Of a DNA stretch of 64,000 nucleotides, positions 29,401 to 38,853 are shown piece by piece (positions within the stretch are counted from its first letter, which is position 1; every line of letters starts with the position of its first letter). This DNA comes from Candidatus Obscuribacteraceae bacterium (GTDB lineage Bacteria; Cyanobacteriota; Vampirovibrionia; Obscuribacterales; Obscuribacteraceae): positions 497,571 to 561,570 of the forward strand of contig JBGAHS010000002.1 in the NCBI GenBank assembly GCA_044226015.1, written 5' to 3'. The notes beneath the pieces were generated by a model. It was not told the DNA's origin and did not search any database. It worked only from the letters and a program-made list of their open reading frames with translations. The translations under genes and the position numbers were made by a program.

Positions 29401-32400
29401 GCCAGGGCCAGCACAGAGCCACCAGCTCCACCGACCCCACCAGCACCGCCCTTGCCACCGGCACCACCTGCGGCAGTGGCTGATGCATTCGACAAACTAA
29501 ATGAAGCATCGCCCCCGTTGCCACCGTAGCCGGCTTCACCTCCGTTGCCGCCTACCAATTGTATGTTGGCGAGCGCGCCATTTATGATTGGAGCTGTAAG
29601 TTTCACGGCACCGCCAGCCGCACCAGCACCGCCATTACCACCGATTCCGCCGATTCCACCATTACCATTGTTTGAGCAGCAAGAGTCACCAGCAAGTCCA
29701 CCATTGCCTCCATTGGCGCCTAAGAGCTGAATACTTATAATGCCACCTATCGAGCTGCTTGCCGTAATAGTCACATTCCCTGACTTCCCCGCAGTGCCAC
29801 CATTGCCAGCGTTTCCGCCATTTCCAGAATTGTAGAAGGCACTGCTTCCATTACCGCCATCACCCCCTACAGAGCCAGCACCACCTCCACCCACAATCGA
29901 CTCTAATGTGACACTCCCTGCAGTAGCAGTCATGGTCACATTGCCACCAACACCGCCCGCAGCACCTACCCCACCATTTCCGCCAGCAGGTCCGTTCGAG
30001 AACGAAGTTCCACCATCGCCACCAGCACCAGCGTCAAAGCTCGCCCCCCCCACACTGATCAGCGAAGCATTGCTGGTCACACTCTTAGCAGTGAACGTAA
30101 TAGCGCCGCCTGCGCCACCTGCAGCAGCCGACCCACCGAGGCCTCCTTTGCCCGCAAGGTAGAGCTGAGAATCGTTACCAGCGCCACCAATACCACCAAA
30201 ACCAGAGCTTCCACCACGAGTATCTATGTTACTTGCATTTGTAGAGCCTAAAAATATGTTTCCAGCAGCAGCACTCACGGTTACAACTCCGCCAGCAGCA
30301 CCTACTGCGGCAGTAACAGCGTTGCCGCCATTGCCACCGTTGCCCAAAGCACCACTAGCAATACCACCACTTCCAGCCGCAGGTGCAGTGCTAAACGCCA
30401 CAGATCCTCCCGACGTGACGATAGAGATTTCATCCCCAACATTAAAGCGATCTACATCACTTGTGGTAGCGGTAAGAGCCACAGCACCGCCAATACCTGG
30501 TCGGGCGGAGAGAGCGAGGTTTCCGCCTGCGCCACCATTACCCAGTGAACCAACACCACCATTTCCTGCGTTACCAGACACAAACGCCGATCCGCCTGCT
30601 GCTGAAATTGTCGCATTTGAATAAATAATCTTAGTCCCAACTAGCTTGACAGCCCCTGCATTTCCGGCAGAACCGACCGAAGCAAGAACATTGCCTCCGG
30701 CACCACCATTGGTACCACCGTCTCCGCCATCCCCAGCAGAACCGGGAACGCCCAGTCCAGCGCTTCCTCCATTTGTAGTTATCGAGCTTAAGAAAGTGAC
30801 TAAGCCTGACTTAGCAGTGAGGCTCACAATACCGCCATTACCACCAGCACCATTAGCGCCGCCTGCACCACCAGCGCCGCCGCTAGCAATTGTAGATTCT
30901 CCGCCCGCCCCACCACTAGCCCCGGTGCCGCCCGAACCACCGACAGCTCCAATACCAGCCCCTAAGGTGAGAGAAGTCCCAGCAGACAAAGTCACATTTC
31001 CTGCTGCACCTCCGGCCCCAGCCAGAGAGGAGTTGCCAGCAGCGCCAGCAGCCGTCGACGAGTCTCCAGAACTTCCGCCGTTCTGTCCATCGCCGCCTGC
31101 ACCTCCCGAGGAATCAATAGTCAATTGAGCGCCTAGAAAAGTACCAGACGTGAGGTTGACAGCACCGCCCAATCCACCCGCGCCACCGATACCAGCTGAG
31201 CCACCAGCCCCGCTTGAACCAGTGGATGAAGCCCCTGATGAGCCACCATATCCAGCGATACCGCCACCCCCTCCCACGGCGAACACTTTGCCTGTCAAAC
31301 CTAATGACGTACTTGCAGATATGCTGACAGCGCCAGCATTGCCGCCTTTGCCACCAGCGCCACCAGTTCCTCCAGCGGCAGAGTTGCCAAACGAGGCTAC
31401 CCCAGAATCAGCTGCCCCACCCGAGGCTGAACCAGCACCGCCAGAGCTGATGATTGATATGTTTTCCGAGCTCGACAAAAGAATACCGCCAGCACTAGCC
31501 TTCAAAGTGATAGCGGCACCATTTCCCCCAGCCCCAGGTAGCCCAAGAGAACCGCCCTTGCCTGAAATGCCACCAGTCGAGGCGCCGCCTGGCGCACCAT
31601 TAGCTACAGCACCAGCAGCGCCACCACTGCTAGAAATTTGGAAGAAGCTGGCTCCAGCCGTATTGACCGAAGCTCCCTGGAGAGAAATAAAAGACCCCCT
31701 TCCACCAGCTCCAGCATTACCGGAATTGCCACCATCTCCCCCAATAACTCCCATACCGCCAAAACCACCAAAACCAGAACCGCCTCCCAGACCGCCGCTG
31801 GCGTTGATATCAGAGAACAAATTGAGCACGCCCGAAGATGTCACTGTAACAGAACCAGCACTGGCGCCACTGCCGGCATTGCCTCCTGCTGCACCCTTGC
31901 CTGCAGTGCCAAGCAGCGCATCGCCACCGACACCGCCACTGCCTCCGAATCCGCCATCGCCCCCAGTTATCACTAACGCACCGAGGGAAATGTCTCCCTT
32001 AGAGGTGACCTTAACAGTACCGCCGACCGCACCAACTCCGCCATTCCCCCCTACTGCTGCATTCCCAGCCGCACCTGAAATCGCAGCGATAGAACTGCCG
32101 CCAATACCTCCATTTCCACCATCGCCACCGCTGGATAAGACAGCAAGCGCACTCAGGTCGATTTTTGACCCGGAAACGGTGAAACTTCCTCCAGCGCCGC
32201 CAGCCCCACCGTTGCCCCCCTTCGTCCCAGCGCGGTCGACCGAGTCGCCTCCAGCGCCATCGCCTCCCGCACCTCCATCACCCCCATACGCCAAAACATT
32301 GCCACTCATCGTGACGATACCATTGGCAGTGATCGACACATTACCCGCTTTGCTGCCGGCTCCCCCTGCAGCGCCAGCAAGAGACGGTAGTTTCCCACTC

Positions 32401-34349
32401 GCCCCAACACTCCCATTTGCTCCAAAAGTAGAAAAGGTGACCCCAGTAGCAGTGATATCGCCGGTAGAGGAGAGCGCCAGACCGCCCGAGCTGTGCCCTG
32501 ACCCCGCACCAATCAGGGAGATATCGCTGTTCAAGCTCATACCGGACGTTCCAGACTTCATTGTCACTGAGCCACCAGAAGCTGAAAGAGGAAGGGAGGC
32601 TGGTAATACAATGCCTCCTGAACTTATTGCACCAGCAGTCAAAGTTCCCGTGAAGCTACCGTCTGACTTCGCAGTGATGCTACCACTGGCAGTGCTATTA
32701 GCCACCAGTATGGCAGGTGCGCTATTCGTTGCAGTGGAACTTGCAAGAATTCTCGGGACACTTATTGCGCCGGGAGCAATAATGGTTACGTTACCGGCTT
32801 TTGCAGTTGTTGAACCAACGAAAGTATTGCTTGTGTTAACGGTTCCAATGCCAAAATCTATCTTTCCAGTTGTGCTGCCGTTCCCGTAAGCCACTGCTAT
32901 GACACTGCCACCATTGGCGTTCAGACCACCAGAACTCGCATCAATAGTACAAGTACTACAACTAATGTTGCCGCCAAAAGCCGATACTCCTGAAGCCTTA
33001 ATTGTTTGCGTGCCTGTCAGCGGACTTGAAGCACCAGCGCTCGGAGTCAACTTGACTCCCGCAATTATCGTTATATTGAATCCCTGACTGCCTGGTCCCG
33101 AGGTGGATTGTATAGTACTATTCGCCAACGCAATGTCGCCTTCACTAAGAAGCGTTATAGCTTGCCCAGTCGATATAGAGCCGGGAGTGAGAGTGCCTCC
33201 ACCAGCCAACCATATGGTCGGGTCGCCGCTGACAGCACTCGATGCGATGTTCAAGTCACCACTCTTTGAGCCAACATATGCGGACCCCGCACTGAAATTA
33301 AGGGGAGCATCAAGGCGATTTACTCCGATATTGAGCTGACCCAACCCCGCATCAACATTCAATGCGCTACCCGAATAATCACCACCTATCATAGAAAGGA
33401 TGTTGGTCTTCCCAGCGCCACCATGATCAATATTGATACTTCCATTGATTGATTGGATCAGTCCACCCGTGCTGTTTATTATCAGATTGCTCACATTGCT
33501 CAGAGCAGCAGTGGCGGCAGCCCCTGCTGCCACCTGGCTTGCGATGTTAGCCAGGTCTGTAACTCTAGTGATCTGTTGAGCGATATTAACACTGTTGACG
33601 GCTTGCATAACACCAGCATTGGAAATTTGAGGTGACGTTATGTTGGTGTTGTTTAGTGCAGAAAGCGTAGCGCCGGAAGTGTTGATTAGCTGAGTTCCGG
33701 CAACAAGATTCAAATTAGCAGCACTGGAGATGATGCCAGAATTCAAAATTTGTTGACTAGCAATGAGTGAAAGATTCAAGTTAGGAATTGCATTCATGAA
33801 GCCAGCAAGACCTGTCGTTGGAAGAACACTGGAAATCGTTCCAGTCATTGCGTTATGAATGTTAGTCGCGCCCAGGATAGCATTTGTTGAGGCGCTGTTA
33901 GTTGAAAGAGCATAAAAAGTGCCATAGTTAGTGATGTTGCCAGCCACATTGAAGGCAGACCCATTGCTGAAGTCGCCAATCACAGTGACGTTGCGTGGAA
34001 CCGTCACCATGGAATAACTGCTGGCAGTATTCAAAACAACAGACCCACCAGTTGCATTTCCCAGCACACCCAGTTGTATCGATTGAGACCCCGTGTTCAT
34101 CACTTGCTGCGCCGCCACCCATTGGGCTGGAGTCAGTTTTGAACCTGCGTTAACTACGAGATTTTGCCCGCCGTTGAGAATAGTCAGAGGACTCGTCACC
34201 GAATCCGGCACGATGACAGATTTACTGTGGCTTGCCAGATTCAAATTTTCTGCTGCGAAAACTGAACCGGAGTTCGCTAACAACAGAGATAGGGCAACGA
34301 ACTTACTTGTTTGACGTGAACGCAATAATGTCATGACTTTCTCCAGCAA
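26460..34349 (-). CDS. Giant secreted glycine-rich protein (2629 aa): beta-helix-like N-terminus, PGRS-like GGxGGxGG repeats, distinct C-terminal domain
   Basis: Signal peptide ending VFA-A, Asn/Thr/Ser-rich N region, roughly 1750 aa of (GGx)n blocks alternating with short strands, and a non-repetitive C-terminus of about 220 aa. Confidence 0.92.
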   Translation of the reverse strand: MLEKVMTLLRSRQTSKFVALSLLLANSGSVFAAENLNLASHSKSVIVPDSVTSPLTILNGGQNLVVNAGSKLTPAQWVAAQQVMNTGSQSIQLGVLGNATGGSVVLNTASSYSMVTVPRNVTVIGDFSNGSAFNVAGNITNYGTFYALSTNSASTNAILGATNIHNAMTGTISSVLPTTGLAGFMNAIPNLNLSLIASQQILNSGIISSAANLNLVAGTQLINTSGATLSALNNTNITSPQISNAGVMQAVNSVNIAQQITRVTDLANIASQVAAGAAATAALSNVSNLIINSTGGLIQSINGSINIDHGGAGKTNILSMIGGDYSGSALNVDAGLGQLNIGVNRLDAPLNFSAGSAYVGSKSGDLNIASSAVSGDPTIWLAGGGTLTPGSISTGQAITLLSEGDIALANSTIQSTSGPGSQGFNITIIAGVKLTPSAGASSPLTGTQTIKASGVSAFGGNISCSTCTIDASSGGLNANGGSVIAVAYGNGSTTGKIDFGIGTVNTSNTFVGSTTAKAGNVTIIAPGAISVPRILASSTATNSAPAILVANSTASGSITAKSDGSFTGTLTAGAISSGGIVLPASLPLSASGGSVTMKSGTSGMSLNSDISLIGAGSGHSSGGLALSSTGDITATGVTFSTFGANGSVGASGKLPSLAGAAGGAGSKAGNVSITANGIVTMSGNVLAYGGDGGAGGDGAGGDSVDRAGTKGGNGGAGGAGGSFTVSGSKIDLSALAVLSSGGDGGNGGIGGSSIAAISGAAGNAAVGGNGGVGAVGGTVKVTSKGDISLGALVITGGDGGFGGSGGVGGDALLGTAGKGAAGGNAGSGASAGSVTVTSSGVLNLFSDINASGGLGGGSGFGGFGGMGVIGGDGGNSGNAGAGGRGSFISLQGASVNTAGASFFQISSSGGAAGAVANGAPGGASTGGISGKGGSLGLPGAGGNGAAITLKASAGGILLSSSENISIISSGGAGSASGGAADSGVASFGNSAAGGTGGAGGKGGNAGAVSISASTSLGLTGKVFAVGGGGGIAGYGGSSGASSTGSSGAGGSAGIGGAGGLGGAVNLTSGTFLGAQLTIDSSGGAGGDGQNGGSSGDSSTAAGAAGNSSLAGAGGAAGNVTLSAGTSLTLGAGIGAVGGSGGTGASGGAGGESTIASGGAGGAGGANGAGGNGGIVSLTAKSGLVTFLSSITTNGGSAGLGVPGSAGDGGDGGTNGGAGGNVLASVGSAGNAGAVKLVGTKIIYSNATISAAGGSAFVSGNAGNGGVGSLGNGGAGGNLALSARPGIGGAVALTATTSDVDRFNVGDEISIVTSGGSVAFSTAPAAGSGGIASGALGNGGNGGNAVTAAVGAAGGVVTVSAAAGNIFLGSTNASNIDTRGGSSGFGGIGGAGNDSQLYLAGKGGLGGSAAAGGAGGAITFTAKSVTSNASLISVGGASFDAGAGGDGGTSFSNGPAGGNGGVGAAGGVGGNVTMTATAGSVTLESIVGGGGAGSVGGDGGNGSSAFYNSGNGGNAGNGGTAGKSGNVTITASSSIGGIISIQLLGANGGNGGLAGDSCCSNNGNGGIGGIGGNGGAGAAGGAVKLTAPIINGALANIQLVGGNGGEAGYGGNGGDASFSLSNASATAAGGAGGKGGAGGVGGAGGSVLALANTGAGTLILDTINTSGGIGGANNDAGDGGNGNNAGGVAGTSQAAGKGGSAGSVTLTALSTVSLGSIFASGGAGGDAAGRGGDGGNVVNPTGSAANGSAASSAGAGGAGGLVTITSTKSNVSSVDGLSSVTISSVGGAAGQILGRGGDGGNSGFLTPSGAKATTGGAGSAGAAGGAGGTIKISALKGSLTGMPSSSLDASGGVGSSTGLGPSSTPDGGSAGSVEKGNAAAGSAGGSGGVGGAGGSITILALGAPDITTVNATGGAGGGGVFIGGDGGISNQGTGGAGGSAGNGGAGGKGGTLTISLTTVGFGGTANLDVSGGSGGSQAPSSSGGAGGDSISSGSGGAGGASGRTGNGGAGGILSITTTTGKIATGAVEAVGGASGNSDSVGGAGGNSGLVATSTGGAGGAYLGVGAGGKGGTITYKTTTGIISSIDLEAAGGRAGVIAGGAGAGQTGIRGGAGGAVLTSGAGGLGGIINVTSTTGKITVFTVTNTGGFGALGAATAGAGGDGTAGLGGAGGSGSAGSAGGNGGNVTFSTNADINTFSFDASGGLGGDASIGGNGGVGALTSGGVGGRGGNGGTGGTGGNVTLNPGKSGTLTLNGNLLANGGVAGTAATGGAGGSGPSGAIGGVGGTGGRGGNGGVFVVSGKISAGPGITINAIGSAGGDGASGGGGGSGSISKGGNGGNGGNAGSGGNGGVVVIPTASASLAVVSFGLASPNFGSGGSGGSGFPSGVSGSNGGPGFNGAAGAVRTTMDDSDDNSDFWRPLKRQSRRNIAALPQMRERIEYLKSSRAANFRPVAFVQNAGLTIQDESLPFENVLLGSESHESNASIGKSRVYVAKGAAAFLISKGEQFAVLGLHDSANGDIAVLVDGQEFHLRAGEQLVVSQASDKRSWKDITPLPNLAVRSQTETSTKNGSRVLVSDYSIPSAYTHLPVLKRLSTSGSPEERRLHARIAKNAAVLHVLTSRKGQFKGYLN

Positions 34350-34568
34350 AGTGCTTTGCGGATTTTACAAGATCTGCAGTATATATGTATGAGAATTGTT
34401 GCCTATCAACAACAGCTACAGAAGCGGATAGTCAGGCGAATGCTGTCATTACACTTCGCAACCAAGCCGCGGTAAAGCCGCCCGATTTGCTGACTGCTCA
34501 AGTCACAGGGAAAAGCACACCGGGATCCAGGATTAGCAGCCAAGCTCCAGGATTAGCGACCCGCTTAT

Positions 34569-35300
34569 TTAGAACTTCAGCTTTTTGAACACAAACCACG
34601 GAGTCAACCTGAGCGCCAGGCAAATGAACGTCCAAAAAGCCGGAAAGTATGCAAAGCCACTCTTGCCAGTTCGACTGACTATAAACGCAGCAGCATCTTC
34701 TGGTTCAGCGGCAGGAAAAGGCAATTTCTTTCCAGCAGTTTGCGCTGTTTTCAAAAAACCCAACTGATAAAGCTGAACTTTGATATTGCTAGACCCGCAA
34801 CGATGCTGAACACTTTCATAAAAGCTCTGGAGCCCTCTTTTTGCTGCCGCATAGGCAATGTTAGAGCTGCGCCCCCTTTCAGAAGCGACTGATCCAAAAA
34901 ACGCTAGCAACCCACCATTACGCTGAAGCATTTCTGGCAAGTACGCAGCAGTCAGCGCCATTATTGAAGACAAATTACTGGACACAATTCTTTCAATATC
35001 CTCTGCGCCGAGTGAGCCATCGTCATCTAGTCGAGAATAACCGATTGGAAAATAAATTCCGTCCACCTGTCCTAAGTTGCTTGCAGCAAGCTTCACTTTG
35101 TTGACGCTGTCGCTATCACAGCGCATGCGCTGTGCAACAACTTCGACTTTCACTGAATGCCTGATACGTACATCAGCAGCTAAAGCATCGAGGTCTTCCT
35201 GGTTACTCGCGACAATAACCAGATTGTGCTTCTTCGCTGCCAGTTGATCCACCAGTGCTCGCCCAAGTCCTTGCGAAGCACCAACAACTATAAAATTCAC
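34569..35300 (-). CDS. SDR oxidoreductase, DprE2-like
   Basis: GASQGLG, GSVASERGRSSNIAYAAAK (YxxxK). Overlaps the stop of the DprE1-like gene. Confidence 0.85.
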   Translation of the reverse strand: MNFIVVGASQGLGRALVDQLAAKKHNLVIVASNQEDLDALAADVRIRHSVKVEVVAQRMRCDSDSVNKVKLAASNLGQVDGIYFPIGYSRLDDDGSLGAEDIERIVSSNLSSIMALTAAYLPEMLQRNGGLLAFFGSVASERGRSSNIAYAAAKRGLQSFYESVQHRCGSSNIKVQLYQLGFLKTAQTAGKKLPFPAAEPEDAAAFIVSRTGKSGFAYFPAFWTFICLALRLTPWFVFKKLKF

Positions 35301-36670
35301 AAGCCCAACCTTTCTGACAACTCTGATTTGTAAATCCGCTTTGAATCGAACTCTCGCAACAAACGCCTGAATCTATCGCACTCTGGATAAGCCTTCTCTA
35401 TTAATTCTCGGGGTAAGCGAGAGTCCTTGATGATATTAGGAATGCCACCACAATCAAGGATTAGTTTATCAAGATAAGACAGAAATTTCGGCGACTGACT
35501 TGAACGCGCAAAGTTCAAAGCAAAGCAAATGCCGTCCCCCGAAAAGCGCAACAGATCCTGCTTTCCAGCAAACAATTTGCCTGAAGCCAGAGTAATTGAA
35601 ATCTTGTTTTTTGAAAGATAGTTCTTAACACCATCAATGTATTGTAAAAAATTGCTCTCAGGCACGACAACCTGATATTCATGAAAACCAGCAGCGCCAA
35701 AGAATTTGAAATACAACTCTTTGCTGTTTTGTATCGGGAAAATACTATCGAAAAGCGACATATTAAAGCTTGCCCCTGCCGAACCGCAGCGCGCACCATA
35801 CATCAAATTCATGAGTTTTACTGTTATGGGGTTAAACACGGGTATCACAAAACTGCCCCTTCCGGCAGCATTTAGAGATTGATCCGCAGCAAGCTTAGGG
35901 CTCCTAATCGACTCTGCGATTTCAGCAGTAAACTTTCCTTCCTGAACAAACCCTTTGCCAAATTCAGACCCAGCACGCGTAAAATCATGCCAGGACAATA
36001 CAAAGTCGGCTTCGTCCGCAGACTTGCGCAACTGAGATGGCAGCAATTCAATTGATTCAAGTGGCTTCAAAGTTACTTTGGCGTTAGACGATGGAATCTT
36101 CTTCAGATTCAACTTGCAAGAAACGATGTTTCCTGTCAGCCCATAGGCACCGCACGTCAGGCGAAAGAGCTCCGGGTCCGAATCAGCCGACAGCTCAATC
36201 AGACCATGAGCAGGATGAAACAACTTTAGAGAAAGAACCTGATTAATGAAGGTTCCATCCAGAAATTGGTTTTTGCCATGAATGTCTGGCGCGATACAGC
36301 CGCCCACAGATATCCGCGGGTGACCAGGCTGCGTGGCTAGAAATAGATTCTTTTGAATCGCAAAATCATAGAGCTGACCCAAACTTGCACCCGCTTCTAT
36401 TTCGATCCATTTCCCCGATTCATTGAAGTCAATTATCTTGCTGAGACAAGAATGATCGATTGAAACAGCTCCATCAGCAAAACTAGCAGGTGTGTACGAA
36501 AGACCCGCTCCACGCGCAATATAGAAGCGCCCCGGTTCAAAGCTGCCCTTTTCAAAAAAGGAATTGTCCTCTGGATGCGCGCAAGAAGCAGCCACCCGAG
36601 TGGACCCATCAAAGGAAACGAAACGCTGATTCTCAATTCGAGCAGGCAGCACAGAAGCAGAAGGCATCAC
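35297..36670 (-). CDS. FAD-linked oxidase, DprE1-like
   Basis: RGAGLSY, PGHPRISVGGCIAPDIHGKN, TCGAYGLTG, EYQ, KLF, KDSR, SELSERLGL. Confidence 0.88.
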   Translation of the reverse strand: MMPSASVLPARIENQRFVSFDGSTRVAASCAHPEDNSFFEKGSFEPGRFYIARGAGLSYTPASFADGAVSIDHSCLSKIIDFNESGKWIEIEAGASLGQLYDFAIQKNLFLATQPGHPRISVGGCIAPDIHGKNQFLDGTFINQVLSLKLFHPAHGLIELSADSDPELFRLTCGAYGLTGNIVSCKLNLKKIPSSNAKVTLKPLESIELLPSQLRKSADEADFVLSWHDFTRAGSEFGKGFVQEGKFTAEIAESIRSPKLAADQSLNAAGRGSFVIPVFNPITVKLMNLMYGARCGSAGASFNMSLFDSIFPIQNSKELYFKFFGAAGFHEYQVVVPESNFLQYIDGVKNYLSKNKISITLASGKLFAGKQDLLRFSGDGICFALNFARSSQSPKFLSYLDKLILDCGGIPNIIKDSRLPRELIEKAYPECDRFRRLLREFDSKRIYKSELSERLGL

Positions 36671-37737
36671 GGTTGTAGTGCGCTAGATTTGCGATCAATT
36701 ACGAAGTTCGGGCGACCCAAAGTATTTTTGTGCACGCGAGCAACATAGATTGCGATGAAAGACAAAGTTGCTCCCACATATGTCGCAAATGCAAAAAACG
36801 TTGCCACCAACCACCATTTGTTGTCCGTTAAGACGTAAGCAGAAGGCAACATAACCATCGCAAGAAGCCAGAATGGCAATGTGTAAATTGGAACGCGCAA
36901 AAACAGAGTAGATGAGGACAAAATACCCGCGACGGCAAATTTCGTCATTGTCACAAAGTTATAGTGTGAATCACCAGCTATTCTTTTATGACGCTTGTAA
37001 GTGATTCCCCGGCGCTTAAAACCAACTCGCCCGATAGAAGCACGAATGAATGGAAATGAAGTATTGTCCTGGATGATTGCATCGCGAACTTCGGCAGTCA
37101 TCAGCGAGAACTCCGCCATATCGAGGATGACTTCCTCGTCTGCAAGAGCTCGCAGAACTCGATAAAAAACCTTGCGTAAAAACTTGACGTACTCTGGCTC
37201 TTCGCGATCAGTACGTTCCCCATAAACTATGTCATAGCCTTCTTCGTGCGCCTGAATGAACTCAAGCAACATTTCGGGCGGGTCCTCACAATCCACGTCG
37301 ATGAACGCGAAAAGGTCTCCCTTGCAATTGCGCAAACCACATTCCAGAGAGCGCTGGTACCCGACGTTTGAACTTAAAGAAATCACATAAACGCGCTTAT
37401 CAATTTTGCGAAGTTCTTCTATGGAACCCAGAGTCGAATCTGTCGAAGCATTATTTGAAAACACCAGACTGACATCGTAAGTCTTGCCCAAATCTGCCAT
37501 TACGGGCTTCATGCGCTCGTAAAAGAGTGGGATTACTTTCGCCTCATTATGTACAGGACAGATGATCGTCAATCGCTGACGCCCCGGTTTGGCATCTATG
37601 AGCAAATTTGCATCACTTGCTTGCAAACTCTGAATTTGGCTTCCTGTAAGCGTTTCCATGATTCCGCCGCTAACGATTTCCCGAGGAAAGTTGTCTTTAA
37701 CAACTATAGTCCTTTTCAACTGATAGGATATAGCCAT
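36667..37737 (-). CDS. GtrB/DPM1-like polyprenol-phosphate glycosyltransferase (GT2)
   Basis: CPVHNE, NNASTD, NVGYQ, DVDCEDPP, GYDIVYG, two C-terminal TM helices, RPNFVI. Confidence 0.9.
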   Translation of the reverse strand: MAISYQLKRTIVVKDNFPREIVSGGIMETLTGSQIQSLQASDANLLIDAKPGRQRLTIICPVHNEAKVIPLFYERMKPVMADLGKTYDVSLVFSNNASTDSTLGSIEELRKIDKRVYVISLSSNVGYQRSLECGLRNCKGDLFAFIDVDCEDPPEMLLEFIQAHEEGYDIVYGERTDREEPEYVKFLRKVFYRVLRALADEEVILDMAEFSLMTAEVRDAIIQDNTSFPFIRASIGRVGFKRRGITYKRHKRIAGDSHYNFVTMTKFAVAGILSSSTLFLRVPIYTLPFWLLAMVMLPSAYVLTDNKWWLVATFFAFATYVGATLSFIAIYVARVHKNTLGRPNFVIDRKSSALQP

Positions 37738-37851
37738 GTTGACTTCGCTTCAATGTCAGTGCGCTAACAAAAGCGAAGAGATTTATAAAATGATGAAATC
37801 ACGTTCATCGTTTGTAAGACTGGAAAGCATACTCTCACAAAGGGGTAGTTC

Positions 37852-38694
37852 GTGAAAGCAGTAATTCTTGCGGGTGGATTAGGAACACGTCTATCGGAAG
37901 AAACCGGCGTGAAACCAAAACCCATGGTCGAGGTCGGTGGCAAACCTATCCTCTGGCACATTATGAAAATTTACTCTGCTTTTGGAATCAACGATTTTGT
38001 TGTTTGCTGCGGTTACAAGGGCTACATGATCAAGGAATACTTCGCGAATTACGCGCTGCATTCAGCTGATGTCACGTTCGACTTGTCTCGCAGAAGCATC
38101 GAATATCACAACAACGGCTCTGAAGACTGGCGCGTCACCTTGATCGATACCGGCGCTGAAACAATGACAGGCGGGCGCCTGAAGCGCGTTGCTAAATTCG
38201 TTAATGACGAAACATTCTGCATGACTTACGGCGATGGTGTCAGTGACATCAATATTGCGAAACTCGTCGAGTTTCATAAGCGCAACAAAGTGGCAGCCAC
38301 AGTATCTGCTGTGCAGCCCCCCGGAAGATTTGGATCACTCTCAATTAACAGTGACAAGGTAGATGCATTCGTAGAGAAACCAGTTGGCGATGGCGGATGG
38401 ATCAACGCAGGATTTTTCGTTCTCGAACCAAAAGTGCTCGATTATATTTCCGGCGATCACACCATTTGGGAAAACGAACCGCTTGAGAGGCTTGCAGCAG
38501 ACGGACTGCTAGCAGCATACAAGCATAGCGGTTTCTGGCATGCAATGGATACCATGCGCGATTGCAAACAGCTAAATACAATGTACGAGTCAGGTAAGGC
38601 ACCATGGATGGTGTGGAACAAATCAGAAGAACCTAAACGCGTTGAAGAAGTAACCGACTTCTCGCCTACCGTACCGCGCACGACTCGCGTATAG
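37852..38694 (+). CDS. rfbF: Glucose-1-phosphate cytidylyltransferase
   Basis: LAGGLGTRLSEET..KPKPMVE, DTGAETMTGGRLKR, TYGDG, GFWHAMDT. Confidence 0.96.
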   Translation: MKAVILAGGLGTRLSEETGVKPKPMVEVGGKPILWHIMKIYSAFGINDFVVCCGYKGYMIKEYFANYALHSADVTFDLSRRSIEYHNNGSEDWRVTLIDTGAETMTGGRLKRVAKFVNDETFCMTYGDGVSDINIAKLVEFHKRNKVAATVSAVQPPGRFGSLSINSDKVDAFVEKPVGDGGWINAGFFVLEPKVLDYISGDHTIWENEPLERLAADGLLAAYKHSGFWHAMDTMRDCKQLNTMYESGKAPWMVWNKSEEPKRVEEVTDFSPTVPRTTRV

Positions 38695-38787
38695 CACTCC
38701 CAATCGGCGATAGTGGCCCCACCGTTTCGAACGAATCCACTCGCACTCGGTACACTTGCATAAACAAATACAGACCCGCCTGCTAAT

Positions 38788-38819
38788 GCACTCACCTGAG
38801 GCACTCACCTGATGCACTC
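38788..38819. repeat. 13-bp tandem repeat (about 2.5 copies)
   Basis: GCACTCACCTGA-G-GCACTCACCTGA-T-GCACTC between convergent genes. Confidence 0.6.
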
Positions 38820-38853
38820 GCAGCGCCGGTATTCTTGCCACCTCTTAGAAGGA

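Noticed and set aside
27028..32889. Long Pro-rich + strand ORFs (337, 321 and 579 aa among others)
   Set aside because: They are antisense shadows of Gly/Ala codons in the 2629-aa gene.
26460..34349. True PE_PGRS gene or mycobacterial contamination
   Set aside because: There is no PE domain, the gene has a Sec-type signal peptide, and its codon style (many A/T-ending Gly codons) matches the flanking genes.
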